Translations under genes and position numbers: made by a program | NCBI GenBank assembly: GCA_001438145.1 | Contig: LICD01000001.1 | Location: forward strand, 197 to 64,196 | Direction: 5' to 3' | DNA length: 64,000 nucleotides | Source of the DNA: OM182 bacterium BACL3 MAG-120619-bin3 | GTDB taxonomy: Bacteria; Pseudomonadota; Gammaproteobacteria; Pseudomonadales; Pseudohongiellaceae | Shown: piece by piece, positions 1 to 8,725 of the stretch | Position numbering within the stretch: the first letter of the stretch is position 1 | Layout: each line of letters begins with the position of its first letter | The notes under the pieces: generated by a model | Databases searched by the model: none | What the model was told of the DNA's origin: nothing | What the model saw: only the letters and a program-made list of their open reading frames with translations

Positions 1-111
1 AGATAAGTCGGTATATTCTGCTGTAAATCCTTAACAACTAGCGATGACGCTGCCTATAAATATGTAGCGGCCGCACTCATCGCGAACCAGTTCTCGCTGC
101 CCCTGGGGCGT

Positions 112-1287
112 TCAGCGCGGTATATAAGGGCGCTTCACAATTAGCGCGGGGTCTGCATCTGCCTTGGGCGACAGCATCTGTGGTCTGCCTGCCTGATTGT
201 CAGTCCCGTAGAGGTTGCCGTTTACATCGACAGACAATGAATGCATTTCGATCCAGAAATCTGGCCCCTCGGTAGGAAGATTCCATGAGTAATGGCGTGT
301 CCCGTCTAAATTGAACTGCACGATTTTTGGCGGATTCAGGTCTGTTACCCAGGCACTGTCCTCGCTCACTGTAATGTCTAGTGGCATGCCCAGTCCGCCC
401 CAGGTGGTGACGTATTCGTAGTCTGGGTAGCGATCTGAATCATGTGCGGCGATCTGTTGAAAGACTTTTATGTCGCGGTTGTCGCGGTCGAGCGCATAAA
501 GGCGTTCGTTTGGCCCCAGTGCGAGCGAGTGAACGCTGCTGAATTGGTGCGCCTCTTTACCGCGCTCGCCAAACTCGGAACGGTAGCTGCCATCGGCATT
601 GCGCACGACTATTCGTGTATTTCTTAAGCCGTCGGCGATCAAAAATTTACCGTCTGGCAAGAACGCGACGTCTTGTGGTTGTGCGTAATGGGTTTCGTCT
701 TCGCCAGCGACGTTTTTCTCACCTAAAGTCATTAACAAATTTTCGCCGTCATTCGAGAAGACATAGATGATATGGCCGGTTTCATCGATGAGCCACAGCC
801 GCTTTTCCTCGTCATAAGGGCTCATGCGAATGCGATGTGGTCCCGGACCGTCGGTTCCAGTGAACAGGTGATCCCATTGATCCCAGACTTCTAGAAGCTC
901 ACCTTCAGCGTTAATGACATACAGGCAGTTTTGCCAAACACGTCCGCGACCACGAAGCACGTTCCATCCCAATGAGCCTGCAAAGTTCGTGTACTCACCT
1001 GGCACTGGGTTCGGTAATTGAGTCTCTCCGCGTTGGAGAACGAAGATGCGCTCGGTGGATTCGACATACACGCCAGAAGTCCCGCCCCAAGAAAGCCCGT
1101 CGGCAGCGAACGGTTGCATCCAAGTTTGGGTGTTGAAATTGTAGGGGGAAGGGCCACTCGGATCGATTTCCGCGGCACTGAGGGGCAGCGAAAAAAAGGC
1201 TCCCACTGCGGCGGTGGCTAGCCAATCACGCAAGACGGGTTTTGTGCAGCCAGATAATTTTTGGTGCGAGGTCGGAAATAAAGGCAT
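112..1287 (-). CDS. secreted NHL-repeat beta-propeller protein, peptidyl-alpha-hydroxyglycine alpha-amidating lyase (PAL)-like
   Basis: ORF 112..1683(-) trimmed to the internal ATG at 1287, which has GGAGAG a few nt upstream. Leader reads ...VLRDWLATAAVGAFFSLPLSAAE. Repeated NHL-like blades are visible (HIIYVFSNDGENL, NTRIVVRNADGSY, DRDNRDIKVFQ). The PAL-like assignment is by resemblance only. Confidence 0.7.
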   Translation of the reverse strand: MPLFPTSHQKLSGCTKPVLRDWLATAAVGAFFSLPLSAAEIDPSGPSPYNFNTQTWMQPFAADGLSWGGTSGVYVESTERIFVLQRGETQLPNPVPGEYTNFAGSLGWNVLRGRGRVWQNCLYVINAEGELLEVWDQWDHLFTGTDGPGPHRIRMSPYDEEKRLWLIDETGHIIYVFSNDGENLLMTLGEKNVAGEDETHYAQPQDVAFLPDGKFLIADGLRNTRIVVRNADGSYRSEFGERGKEAHQFSSVHSLALGPNERLYALDRDNRDIKVFQQIAAHDSDRYPDYEYVTTWGGLGMPLDITVSEDSAWVTDLNPPKIVQFNLDGTRHYSWNLPTEGPDFWIEMHSLSVDVNGNLYGTDNQAGRPQMLSPKADADPALIVKRPYIPR

Positions 1288-1426
1288 ATGGCTCTCCAGA
1301 GGGGAGGTTGAAGTTTTAATTGTGGCCGCCAACGCATAAGCTTTGCGGGAGAGTGTTAGTTTCAAAGATAACAAGACTTTAGTTGAGCGCCAAGGAATAA
1401 GATCGGCGTGATGACTTGAGTTTTGC

Positions 1427-2977
1427 TTAGGGCAGAGGCATTTCTGGACTTTCGTTTTGTCGAGCAGGGGTAAAGCGCGCGATTGGTTCTTCCGCGCGTT
1501 GCTGCTCAAGCCAGAAAACCCCATCAAACGGTGCACTGTTGCCGCGAGTGCCAAGAAGGTCAATGTCACCATCGCCATCGATGTCTCTTGCGATGAATTT
1601 ATCGAACATGCCGCGCTTGCGTCTCGAGACATCGTGGCGCGGCCAAACCGAGGAGATGACTTTGGTTGCACCGGGATTTTCAAACCACGCGAGGCGGCCG
1701 AGTGCGTCGCTTGCTTTCACCTCGCCGTCGCCTTCTCGGGGTCCGCTACTGTAACTGCCTACGAAGGCATCGCTATCGCCGTCGCCGTCGATATCGGTCA
1801 GGACAATGCCGGTTATAGCGTCGGGTGCCAAGCTGCCAATTGGGTGATGAATCCAAGCGCTATCTTTATCCTTTGGTTGTTCTAGCCATCCAAGGGAGGA
1901 GGCTAGTGACTCTGTACCAATCGCGCCGATGATGTCCGTTCGGCCATCGTTGTTGAGATCGGCGTACTCGAGGTTAAACCCCGAGGCTGTACCGCCGACT
2001 ATCCCGATGGCGTGTTCAATGAAACTCAGCTGTTCGAGGCTGCTGCGATTTTCGAACCAAGCGAGTCTGTTTTCCCCGCGGCTTCCTACGACGATATCAA
2101 GGTCCCCATCCGCATCAAGATCCACCGGCTGCGCGTTCTGTGGCACGCTGTAGCGTCCTAAAACAGTTTCGTGCCACGCGTCGGCCACTAGCGGATCGCC
2201 AGTGACTGAGAAAATGGAAACGGGTGTCGAGCGGGCAAGGTCGCCAGGCCCGGGTCGCTGAGCGCCTTTGTTTGCGGCGATTACTTCGGGGGTGTTATCG
2301 CCATCGAGGTCTGCGAAAAACACGCGAATGTAGGAGCCATTGCCTTTCGTCATAGGCAAGATGAGGCGTTCCCACGCTTCGCCCTGTCTCGCGTCATCGG
2401 GCCCAGGGTTTTGCAGGTAAATAAGGTGGGAAAGTTCGGCAGCGACAATCACATCAAGAAAGCCGTCACCATTAACATCAGCTATATCGGCGTCCTCGGG
2501 CGCGGGAGAATCTGCCCCCTCGGCGAGCGTGACATTGACCCAATCCGAAGGGGTAGCGCCTGCAAAAGCGATTCGTACATGGCCCTCTGAGTCTGGAATA
2601 TAATCTGGATCAAATTCGCTGGAATCGTATTCGCTGTCGGACTCATGGACGGACACAATGTCTTCTCGGCCATCGTTATCCAAATCGCCGACGACTAATC
2701 CGTCGCTTCCATTCAAGGCGAAGCCTGCTAGTTCAGGCGAGTCGATTATCCATTCGCGCCACGCTATGTATTCGCCGGCAACGGTTGTGGCTGAAGTCGT
2801 TTGGTTGCCAACGCCTGCTATGTCCACCGAGTTGGCTAGAGGGTCGCTTGCGGCGGCGAAGGCAAGACTGCAGAAGCCAGTTAACGTGACTGTGATGCCT
2901 TTTACCAAGAGGGTTACCAAGAGGGTTACCCAGCGAGTTATCCAGCGAGCTTTTCGGTTCTGGTGGTGGTCTAGCAT
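1427..2977 (-). CDS. secreted FG-GAP/VCBS repeat (integrin-alpha-like beta-propeller) protein
   Basis: Seven calcium-loop repeats: DLDNDGREDIV, DVNGDGFLDVIV, DLDGDNTPEVIA, DLDADGDLDIVV, DLNNDGRTDIIG, DIDGDGDSDAFV, DIDGDGDIDLLG. Hydrophobic N-terminal signal region. Confidence 0.8.
   Translation of the reverse strand: MLDHHQNRKARWITRWVTLLVTLLVKGITVTLTGFCSLAFAAASDPLANSVDIAGVGNQTTSATTVAGEYIAWREWIIDSPELAGFALNGSDGLVVGDLDNDGREDIVSVHESDSEYDSSEFDPDYIPDSEGHVRIAFAGATPSDWVNVTLAEGADSPAPEDADIADVNGDGFLDVIVAAELSHLIYLQNPGPDDARQGEAWERLILPMTKGNGSYIRVFFADLDGDNTPEVIAANKGAQRPGPGDLARSTPVSIFSVTGDPLVADAWHETVLGRYSVPQNAQPVDLDADGDLDIVVGSRGENRLAWFENRSSLEQLSFIEHAIGIVGGTASGFNLEYADLNNDGRTDIIGAIGTESLASSLGWLEQPKDKDSAWIHHPIGSLAPDAITGIVLTDIDGDGDSDAFVGSYSSGPREGDGEVKASDALGRLAWFENPGATKVISSVWPRHDVSRRKRGMFDKFIARDIDGDGDIDLLGTRGNSAPFDGVFWLEQQRAEEPIARFTPARQNESPEMPLP
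2902..2949. repeat. 12-bp tandem repeat x4 (ttaccaagaggg x2, then ttacccagcgag and ttatccagcgag) inside the 5' end of the FG-GAP gene
   Basis: Read directly. On the minus strand it encodes RWIT-RWVT-LLVT-LLVK in the signal-peptide region. Confidence 0.9.
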
Positions 2978-3056
2978 ACTTAGTCACTGCCTCGCTGGCG
3001 TGCGCCTCGATTGCTGAATCAGTATATTTGTCTACGCGCTATGAGCTTAGCAACAG

Positions 3057-3104
3057 GCCTGGCAAAAGACCTAGCAAAAGGCCTAGCAAAAGGCCTAGCA
3101 AGAC
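3057..3104. repeat. 12-bp tandem repeat x4 (gcctggcaaaag / acctagcaaaag / gcctagcaaaag / gcctagcaagac) in the divergent intergenic region
   Basis: Read directly. It would encode PGKR-PSKR-PSKR-PSKT only if the weak TTG start at 3028 were used. Confidence 0.9.
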
Positions 3105-3264
3105 GAACGCGATCATTAAAAAGTCCAAAATCATGCTAGCAGTGCCCGAGCGAAGAGGAAAGAAATTAAGTGCTCTTGAGGACGAGCTGGGGTCTTGTCG
3201 TGGCGGCGCTCTAACGGCAAGGACGATGATTCTAATTCTCTGTCGCATCCTTTATCATGTAGGC

Positions 3265-4617
3265 ATGAAATCAACTCGTTCTATCGCTCAATCCCCGTCT
3301 GCGGCCATTCTCCTTTCATGGCTTTCTTTGTCTGCTTGGTCTTTGTTCGCGCGCTCGCTGCGAATGCGTCTTCTGAGTCTGCCATGCTCTCGATGCTCTT
3401 TATGCTTTCGGCGCTCTCTACGCTCTCTATTTTCTCTATGTTGCCTAGGCTACGCGTCGATAGGCCTCGCGCAGCCAGTAGTCGAGAACCAGTTGCTCAC
3501 CTTCGATGAATGGGTTGAGGAGTTGCGGGCTGAGGCTTTGAGTCTAGGTATTCGCTCAGAAACGCTCGAGGCTCTCGATACCTTGGAGGCACCGCTCGAA
3601 AAAGTGCTCGAATACGATAACAGTCAGCCCGAATTCGTCCAGACTTTTACCCGCTATCTCAATCTGCGCGTCACAGCGCGTCAGGTTGAGCGCGGTCAAG
3701 CGCTGCTCGATGAGCATGCTGACCTGCTGGCCGGGGTGCAGGCGAAATACAATGTACAGCCGCATTATCTAGCTGCCTTTTGGGCAATAGAAAGTAACTT
3801 CGGCAGTGCGACTGGCGGTTTTTCAGTGCTTCAAGCACTGGCCACTCTTGCTTATGATCCGCGGCGCGCTCAATTTTTTAGAGACCAGCTAATCACCGCG
3901 CTGAGAATACTGGATGCGGGACACATTGGCGCGGAGCGCATGACAGGTTCATGGGCGGGTGCCATGGGGCAGTTGCAATTCATGCCCAGCGTGTTTTTCA
4001 GCTACGGCGTGGACGGCGATGGCGATGGCCGAATCGACATTTGGAACAGCTTGCCGGATATTTTTCACTCGGCTGCCAATTTCTTAAGCCAATCAGGCTG
4101 GCAAGGGGATGAACGCTGGGGAAGGGAGGTAATACTGCCTGCGAATTTTGATTACTCACTCACCGGCGTTTCTGAACGACGCTTGTTAGAGAGCTGGCGA
4201 GCACTTGGGATCCGTCAGGTGTCCGGCGCAGCGCTGCCAGTCGCCGATATGGAAGCCTCCGTCATCCTTCCCGCCGGTGCAGATGGCCCCGCGTTTCTCG
4301 CCTATGGCAATTATCGGGCGACGCTCGCCTATAATCCTTCAACTTTTTACGCGCTAACGGTAGGCCATCTCGCCGATCGCTTTAGTGGCAGCGGCCCCAT
4401 TCAGCGAATGCCAATCAATGAGCAGGCAATGAGTTTGGCCGATGTACGAGAGCTACAAGAATTGCTCAATCTTGCAGGATTCGATTCTGGTGAACCCGAT
4501 GGGCGAGTAGGGCGCCAAACTAGAAGCGCCATCAGGGCGTATCAAGAGCGTGCACAACTTCGAATGGATGCGTACGCATCCAAAGCGCTGCTCGAGCGCT
4601 TACAAGCAGAGCGGTAA
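3265..4617 (+). CDS. lytic murein transglycosylase (MltB family) with C-terminal peptidoglycan-binding domain
   Basis: Core region AIESNFGS...GAMGQLQFMPSVF...DGDGDGRIDIW is typical of the MltB/SLT_2 family. The C-terminus LQELLNLAGFDSGEPDGRVGRQTRSAIRAYQ is PG_binding_1-like. The start is uncertain: ATG 3265 or ATG 3364, with TTG 3028 unlikely. Confidence 0.8.
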   Translation: MKSTRSIAQSPSAAILLSWLSLSAWSLFARSLRMRLLSLPCSRCSLCFRRSLRSLFSLCCLGYASIGLAQPVVENQLLTFDEWVEELRAEALSLGIRSETLEALDTLEAPLEKVLEYDNSQPEFVQTFTRYLNLRVTARQVERGQALLDEHADLLAGVQAKYNVQPHYLAAFWAIESNFGSATGGFSVLQALATLAYDPRRAQFFRDQLITALRILDAGHIGAERMTGSWAGAMGQLQFMPSVFFSYGVDGDGDGRIDIWNSLPDIFHSAANFLSQSGWQGDERWGREVILPANFDYSLTGVSERRLLESWRALGIRQVSGAALPVADMEASVILPAGADGPAFLAYGNYRATLAYNPSTFYALTVGHLADRFSGSGPIQRMPINEQAMSLADVRELQELLNLAGFDSGEPDGRVGRQTRSAIRAYQERAQLRMDAYASKALLERLQAER

Positions 4618-4691
4618 CAAGCCTGAGCAAGTGTTGCTCCGGGCGCTGCACGCTTGAGTGACACCTAATGGATCGCCTTTAGAATGTTAGA

Positions 4692-5756
4692 ATGATAGAC
4701 AGCTTGCGAGATTTCCCCATGACTACAATGACTCTTAACCCCACCAGCCAAGCCATTAGCGACGATAGAAGCCTCGTGCTATTTCGGCGCATGGCGTGGA
4801 TCACAATCATCGCGGTGTATGTTTTGATCTTGGTCGGAGCGAGCGTGCGTGCGTCTGGTTCTGGCATGGGTTGCCCCGACTGGCCGACCTGTTTTGGGCA
4901 ATGGATTCCACCGACGAGCGAGGCGCAGCTGCCGGCCAATTATCAAGAAATCTATGCCGCAAGGGGCTATGCAGAAACACGGTTTAATGTGGTCAAGACG
5001 TGGACGGAGTATATGAACCGCCTGTTGGGTGTCTCCATCGGCTTTATGATCTTTGCGACCGCGCTCTTCTCGTGGCGCACACGAGCGCACGATCCCGCTA
5101 TCGCCAAAGCCTCGATAGCCGCATTTCTTATGGTCGGCTTTCAGGGCTGGCTCGGGAGTAAAGTCGTCGGGTCTAATCTGATGCCGGGACTGATCACAGT
5201 TCACATGCTGGTTGCCTTGGCTATTGTTGGCGTATTGCTCTATGCGGTCGCCCAAGCACGTCGCGGGATAATGGCGGCGCAGCCAGTGACGGCTCTAGAT
5301 CAGCGCTTTCCTAAATGGCTTTATATTGTTCTTGGCATGACTATTTTACAGGTTGCGATGGGGACGCAAGTAAGAGAGATGACGGATCTCATTAGCAAGA
5401 TGCAAGGCGAGCAAATGCGTTCAAGCTGGATCGATGCTATGCCCTGGTTCTTTTATGTACACAGGAGCTTCTCGGCGATCGTTTTGTTTAGCAATCTCTG
5501 GCTTGCGAAATTGCTGATCACCTCGCTCGGATTCGGTCATGCGCTAACGAAGATGACGCTCGCGATGATTGCTGTCATTGTTCTTTCCGTTGTCTCGGGT
5601 GCCACCCTAGGCCACTTAGGTATGCCTGCCCTTGTGCAGCCTACTCATCTGCTCGCCGCAGCGCTGCTGTTTGGTTTGCAATTCTTAATCTGGATGAGCT
5701 ATCGCCACGCCAGAGATGCCAACGCGTCCCACCCTTCGATGGAAAACCCAGCATGA
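4692..5756 (+). CDS. ctaA: COX15/CtaA family heme A synthase
   Basis: Polytopic membrane protein with the GCPDWPTCFGQWIPP motif and conserved His residues in TM helices. Alternative start at 4719. Confidence 0.8.
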   Translation: MIDSLRDFPMTTMTLNPTSQAISDDRSLVLFRRMAWITIIAVYVLILVGASVRASGSGMGCPDWPTCFGQWIPPTSEAQLPANYQEIYAARGYAETRFNVVKTWTEYMNRLLGVSIGFMIFATALFSWRTRAHDPAIAKASIAAFLMVGFQGWLGSKVVGSNLMPGLITVHMLVALAIVGVLLYAVAQARRGIMAAQPVTALDQRFPKWLYIVLGMTILQVAMGTQVREMTDLISKMQGEQMRSSWIDAMPWFFYVHRSFSAIVLFSNLWLAKLLITSLGFGHALTKMTLAMIAVIVLSVVSGATLGHLGMPALVQPTHLLAAALLFGLQFLIWMSYRHARDANASHPSMENPA

Positions 5757-7009
5757 GTGTCAACACGAAAGAGTTCGAGATAGTCGTTTTCGGCGCAACA
5801 AGTTTTGTCGGCAAAATCCTGTGCAACTATCTTTGCAACCAATACCGAGAGCCGAACCTGCGCTGGGCGATGGCCGCGCGGTCTAGTGCTAAGCTCGCCG
5901 AACTGAAGGCGGAATTAGGTGAGAATGCGAAGGCGATTCCGCTTATTGTGGCTGATTCTGCGGATGCAGAATCCCTCGCTCAGCTCTGCGATCGGACCGA
6001 ATTGGTGATCTCGACAGTGGGCCCCTATGCGCTCTATGGGGAGCTGTTAATCGAAGCCTGTGTCCGCGGTGGCGTCGACTACTGTGACCTCACAGGTGAG
6101 CCACAATGGATTCGGCGGATGGTCGACCGCTACGAGGCGCTCGCGCAGCAGTCGGGCGCTCGAATCGTGCACAGCTGTGGTTTCGACTCGATTCCTTCGG
6201 ATTTAGGTGTGAGGCATTTACAAGAGGCTGCGCAAACGCAGTTCGGCAGCTACTGCGACAAAGTGAAGATGCGCGTAGTCAAGATGAAGGGCGGCGCCTC
6301 TGGCGGCACAGTAGCGAGCGGTCTTAATGTCTACCGCGAGGCGGCTAAAGATCCCGCTCTGCAGGCAGAGCTCAGAGACAGTTATTCTTTGTGCCCTCAG
6401 GGACACGACTTTACTCTGCGGCAACCGAGCGTTGGCGTCGAATATGACGACGACATGAAGTCGTGGGCCGGACCTTTTATCATGGCATCGATCAACACAC
6501 GGATAGTGCTACGCTCGAATGCCCTGTGGCCAAATCACTACAGCAACAACTTCCTCTACGACGAAGCCCTGCTTCTAGGCGATGGCGAGAAAGGGCATAA
6601 AGCAGCCAAGAAACTCGCGTTTGGCATGAAGTGGGGAATGACGGCGATGGCGATCGCGCCTATTCGGGCGTTCGCTCAGCGTTTCTTTTTGCCAAAGCCA
6701 GGGGAAGGACCCACACCAGAGCAGCAACTTAATGGGATGTTTGATTTGCATTTCATTGGCACTACCGAGGCGGGAGACAAAATCGTTACCCGCGTAACAG
6801 GCGATCGCGACCCGGGCTATGGGTCAACGGCGAAAATGCTCGCTCAAGCGGGGATTAGCCTACGCCGTGATGTCGATCAGCAGTCTGTCGGCGGGGGGTT
6901 CTGGACCACGGCGACAGCATTCAACGAGCGTTTTTATGAGCGGCTGCAGGCGCATGCAGGCCTGACGTTCGATGTGTTGGAGGCAACAGCCTCATCGAGC
7001 GCTGAATAG
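5753..7009 (+). CDS. saccharopine dehydrogenase family NAD(P)-binding protein
   Basis: N-terminal Rossmann motif VVFGATSFVGK, plus DLTGEPQWIRRM...HSCGFDSIPSDLG. Its ATG overlaps the ctaA stop (ATGA). Confidence 0.8.
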   Translation: MSVNTKEFEIVVFGATSFVGKILCNYLCNQYREPNLRWAMAARSSAKLAELKAELGENAKAIPLIVADSADAESLAQLCDRTELVISTVGPYALYGELLIEACVRGGVDYCDLTGEPQWIRRMVDRYEALAQQSGARIVHSCGFDSIPSDLGVRHLQEAAQTQFGSYCDKVKMRVVKMKGGASGGTVASGLNVYREAAKDPALQAELRDSYSLCPQGHDFTLRQPSVGVEYDDDMKSWAGPFIMASINTRIVLRSNALWPNHYSNNFLYDEALLLGDGEKGHKAAKKLAFGMKWGMTAMAIAPIRAFAQRFFLPKPGEGPTPEQQLNGMFDLHFIGTTEAGDKIVTRVTGDRDPGYGSTAKMLAQAGISLRRDVDQQSVGGGFWTTATAFNERFYERLQAHAGLTFDVLEATASSSAE

Positions 7010-7025
7010 GGTAGGCGCGGGCGGC

Positions 7026-8450
7026 TTAGAAGGTGAGTTCTGCGCCGCCATAGGTGAATACCGAATTTCTTTCTTGGAACCCTTTGGGCTTGTAAATGAC
7101 AGCCCCCACCTCGATGCGAATGCTTAAGGGGGACACGTCCCAGCGTGCTCTCAGGTCGAGATGGTGGCCCATATAGCTGTCAGTAAGTCCGCTAGGATCA
7201 CTCTGCTTTGTTCGCCCCAGCGAATCGCGCCTGTCTGCTAGCCAAAAGTGGCGATAAGACGCCATGAGATTAAGTCCCGCGATAGGATTAAAGCTCGCGC
7301 GAAGTCCCGGGGTGATGATATTGCTCGCATTGAACACACCGTAAAAGCCAGTGGGTCCGTAAGCGAAGGCGGTAACACCAAAGAGTTGATTAAACCGCTC
7401 CTGCCGCTGCGGAGTCCCAAGGTCATTGCCGCTGCCATAGTCAATCTCAAACAAGACTCTGAGCCGCGACGGAACGGCGAAGCTGTAACCTAGTTCGAAG
7501 AATGCGTATTCGGCTCGATGATCTCCGCGGCTGACGCTGCCATCTGCGGCAAGCCTTGTATTGTCCCCTCGCTGTAGAATCCCTTCAACTTCGAAATCAA
7601 ACTGGCCGGGCTGCGCGCGCACTTCGGCGCGTAAACCTAGCGTGTTTATCGACGAATCTAGAATCGTGTCGCTTTTCTCACGCAGGGAAAAATAATAAGC
7701 CTCGGTTCTAAGCCGGTCGAAGTAGCCGCCGGTTTTGCCTGCTAGCGGGGCGGGCTGAGTTGTAAATACCCCATAGAAACGGCGGTTATTACTCGATTTA
7801 TCCCACTCAAAGTCGTTATCGAGTACGGACGCCTTGTCTGTCGGCAGTCGCTGAACTGGCTGTGTTGCAAGCACGGCGACTTGGTTGCCATTCGGCGCTG
7901 TGTGCGTAAATTCGAGGCCATCGAAGGCATTGAAGGTGTTGCGATAGATAGGTCTTGCGACGAGGCGCCTGCTGCCATAGTCCGACGTAAAACGTCCCAA
8001 TTTTAGCGTGGTAGCCTCCGAGCCAAGCGCAAGTTTCACACTTGCCTGCTGGATGTCGAGCGCGTTGACATCGCCGGTGCCCAAGATCCCATCGGCGTCA
8101 GCGTATTGCTGCCTTGCGTCCATGACCTCGAATTGCCACACACGGCCGTTTTCTTTGTATCTCGCGTCAATGCGGGTGCGAAACGTTAACACCTGGTCAT
8201 TGGGTGTCCCGCTGCGCACAGAATTGCGGGCATTTTCAAAGCGGCTGCGAAAAGCGCCGGATAGCGACAGACCCTCGGGTAAATCTAGGCTTTGATCTAA
8301 CCGCCAAGCGGACGCGTCCGCGGCGCTAGATGGCACTGACACGAGTGCGCAGGAGGCCAGCGCTACTGACGCAAGCAGGCTTTTTGCTCGCCGGCTTCGG
8401 CAGAACTCCACGATAAATGAGCACGTGATAATTTGAAAAGAAGAGAGCAT
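7026..8450 (-). CDS. alginate-export-family outer-membrane beta-barrel porin
   Basis: ORF trimmed to the ATG at 8450. Signal peptide ...ALVSVPSSAADA. Alternating beta-strand pattern with an aromatic C-terminus (ELTF), and an FRSRFENARN-type N-terminal strand region. Confidence 0.65.
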   Translation of the reverse strand: MLSSFQIITCSFIVEFCRSRRAKSLLASVALASCALVSVPSSAADASAWRLDQSLDLPEGLSLSGAFRSRFENARNSVRSGTPNDQVLTFRTRIDARYKENGRVWQFEVMDARQQYADADGILGTGDVNALDIQQASVKLALGSEATTLKLGRFTSDYGSRRLVARPIYRNTFNAFDGLEFTHTAPNGNQVAVLATQPVQRLPTDKASVLDNDFEWDKSSNNRRFYGVFTTQPAPLAGKTGGYFDRLRTEAYYFSLREKSDTILDSSINTLGLRAEVRAQPGQFDFEVEGILQRGDNTRLAADGSVSRGDHRAEYAFFELGYSFAVPSRLRVLFEIDYGSGNDLGTPQRQERFNQLFGVTAFAYGPTGFYGVFNASNIITPGLRASFNPIAGLNLMASYRHFWLADRRDSLGRTKQSDPSGLTDSYMGHHLDLRARWDVSPLSIRIEVGAVIYKPKGFQERNSVFTYGGAELTF

Positions 8451-8725
8451 GCTTTTTTCCGCTAGTGCATTAGCCTCGGCGCTAGATAAGCGTGCTAAGA
8501 CTAGAGTTAGATTAAAATTCCGCATCATACGCCACAACTCCTAGCGAATCATCTCGCAATGGCGAACGCCTCCTCTGAGAGTCCTCGTCTATCACGAGGG
8601 TCGGTGATAGTCTTAGATTATTACTTGCTGCGAGGTATTTCAGAGTAAAGCGCCGGATGGATCTAATAGGGTTAATTCGGATACTCTTGCCACGTTAAAA
8701 CCCGATCAAAGGACTTAACCGCTAG

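Noticed and set aside
4-18. Exact 15-mer taagtcggtatattc repeated at 55482-55496, in both cases just downstream of a minus-strand gene
   Set aside because: A rough estimate gives a few chance 15-mer matches in a 64-kb window counting both strands. The flanks do not extend the match.
1288-1683. Long 5' extensions of tracked ORFs. Others are at 8451-8537, 21968-22069, 41942-41983, 43657-43908, 50203-50343, 56887-56973 and 63520-63564.
   Set aside because: The extensions overlap neighbouring genes or promoter elements (for example the Fur box) and lack protein-like sequence. Internal ATG or GTG codons with Shine-Dalgarno-like sequences followed by signal peptides give better gene models.
3195-3509. 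Possible frameshift in the 5' region of the mltB-like gene. The alternative frame gives a signal-peptide-like MAFFVCLVFVRALAANA.
   Set aside because: The main frame also yields a plausible leader (...SLFSLCCLGYASIGLA-QP) contiguous with the catalytic domain. The region is low-complexity CT-rich DNA in which all frames look hydrophobic, so there is no positive evidence for a shift.
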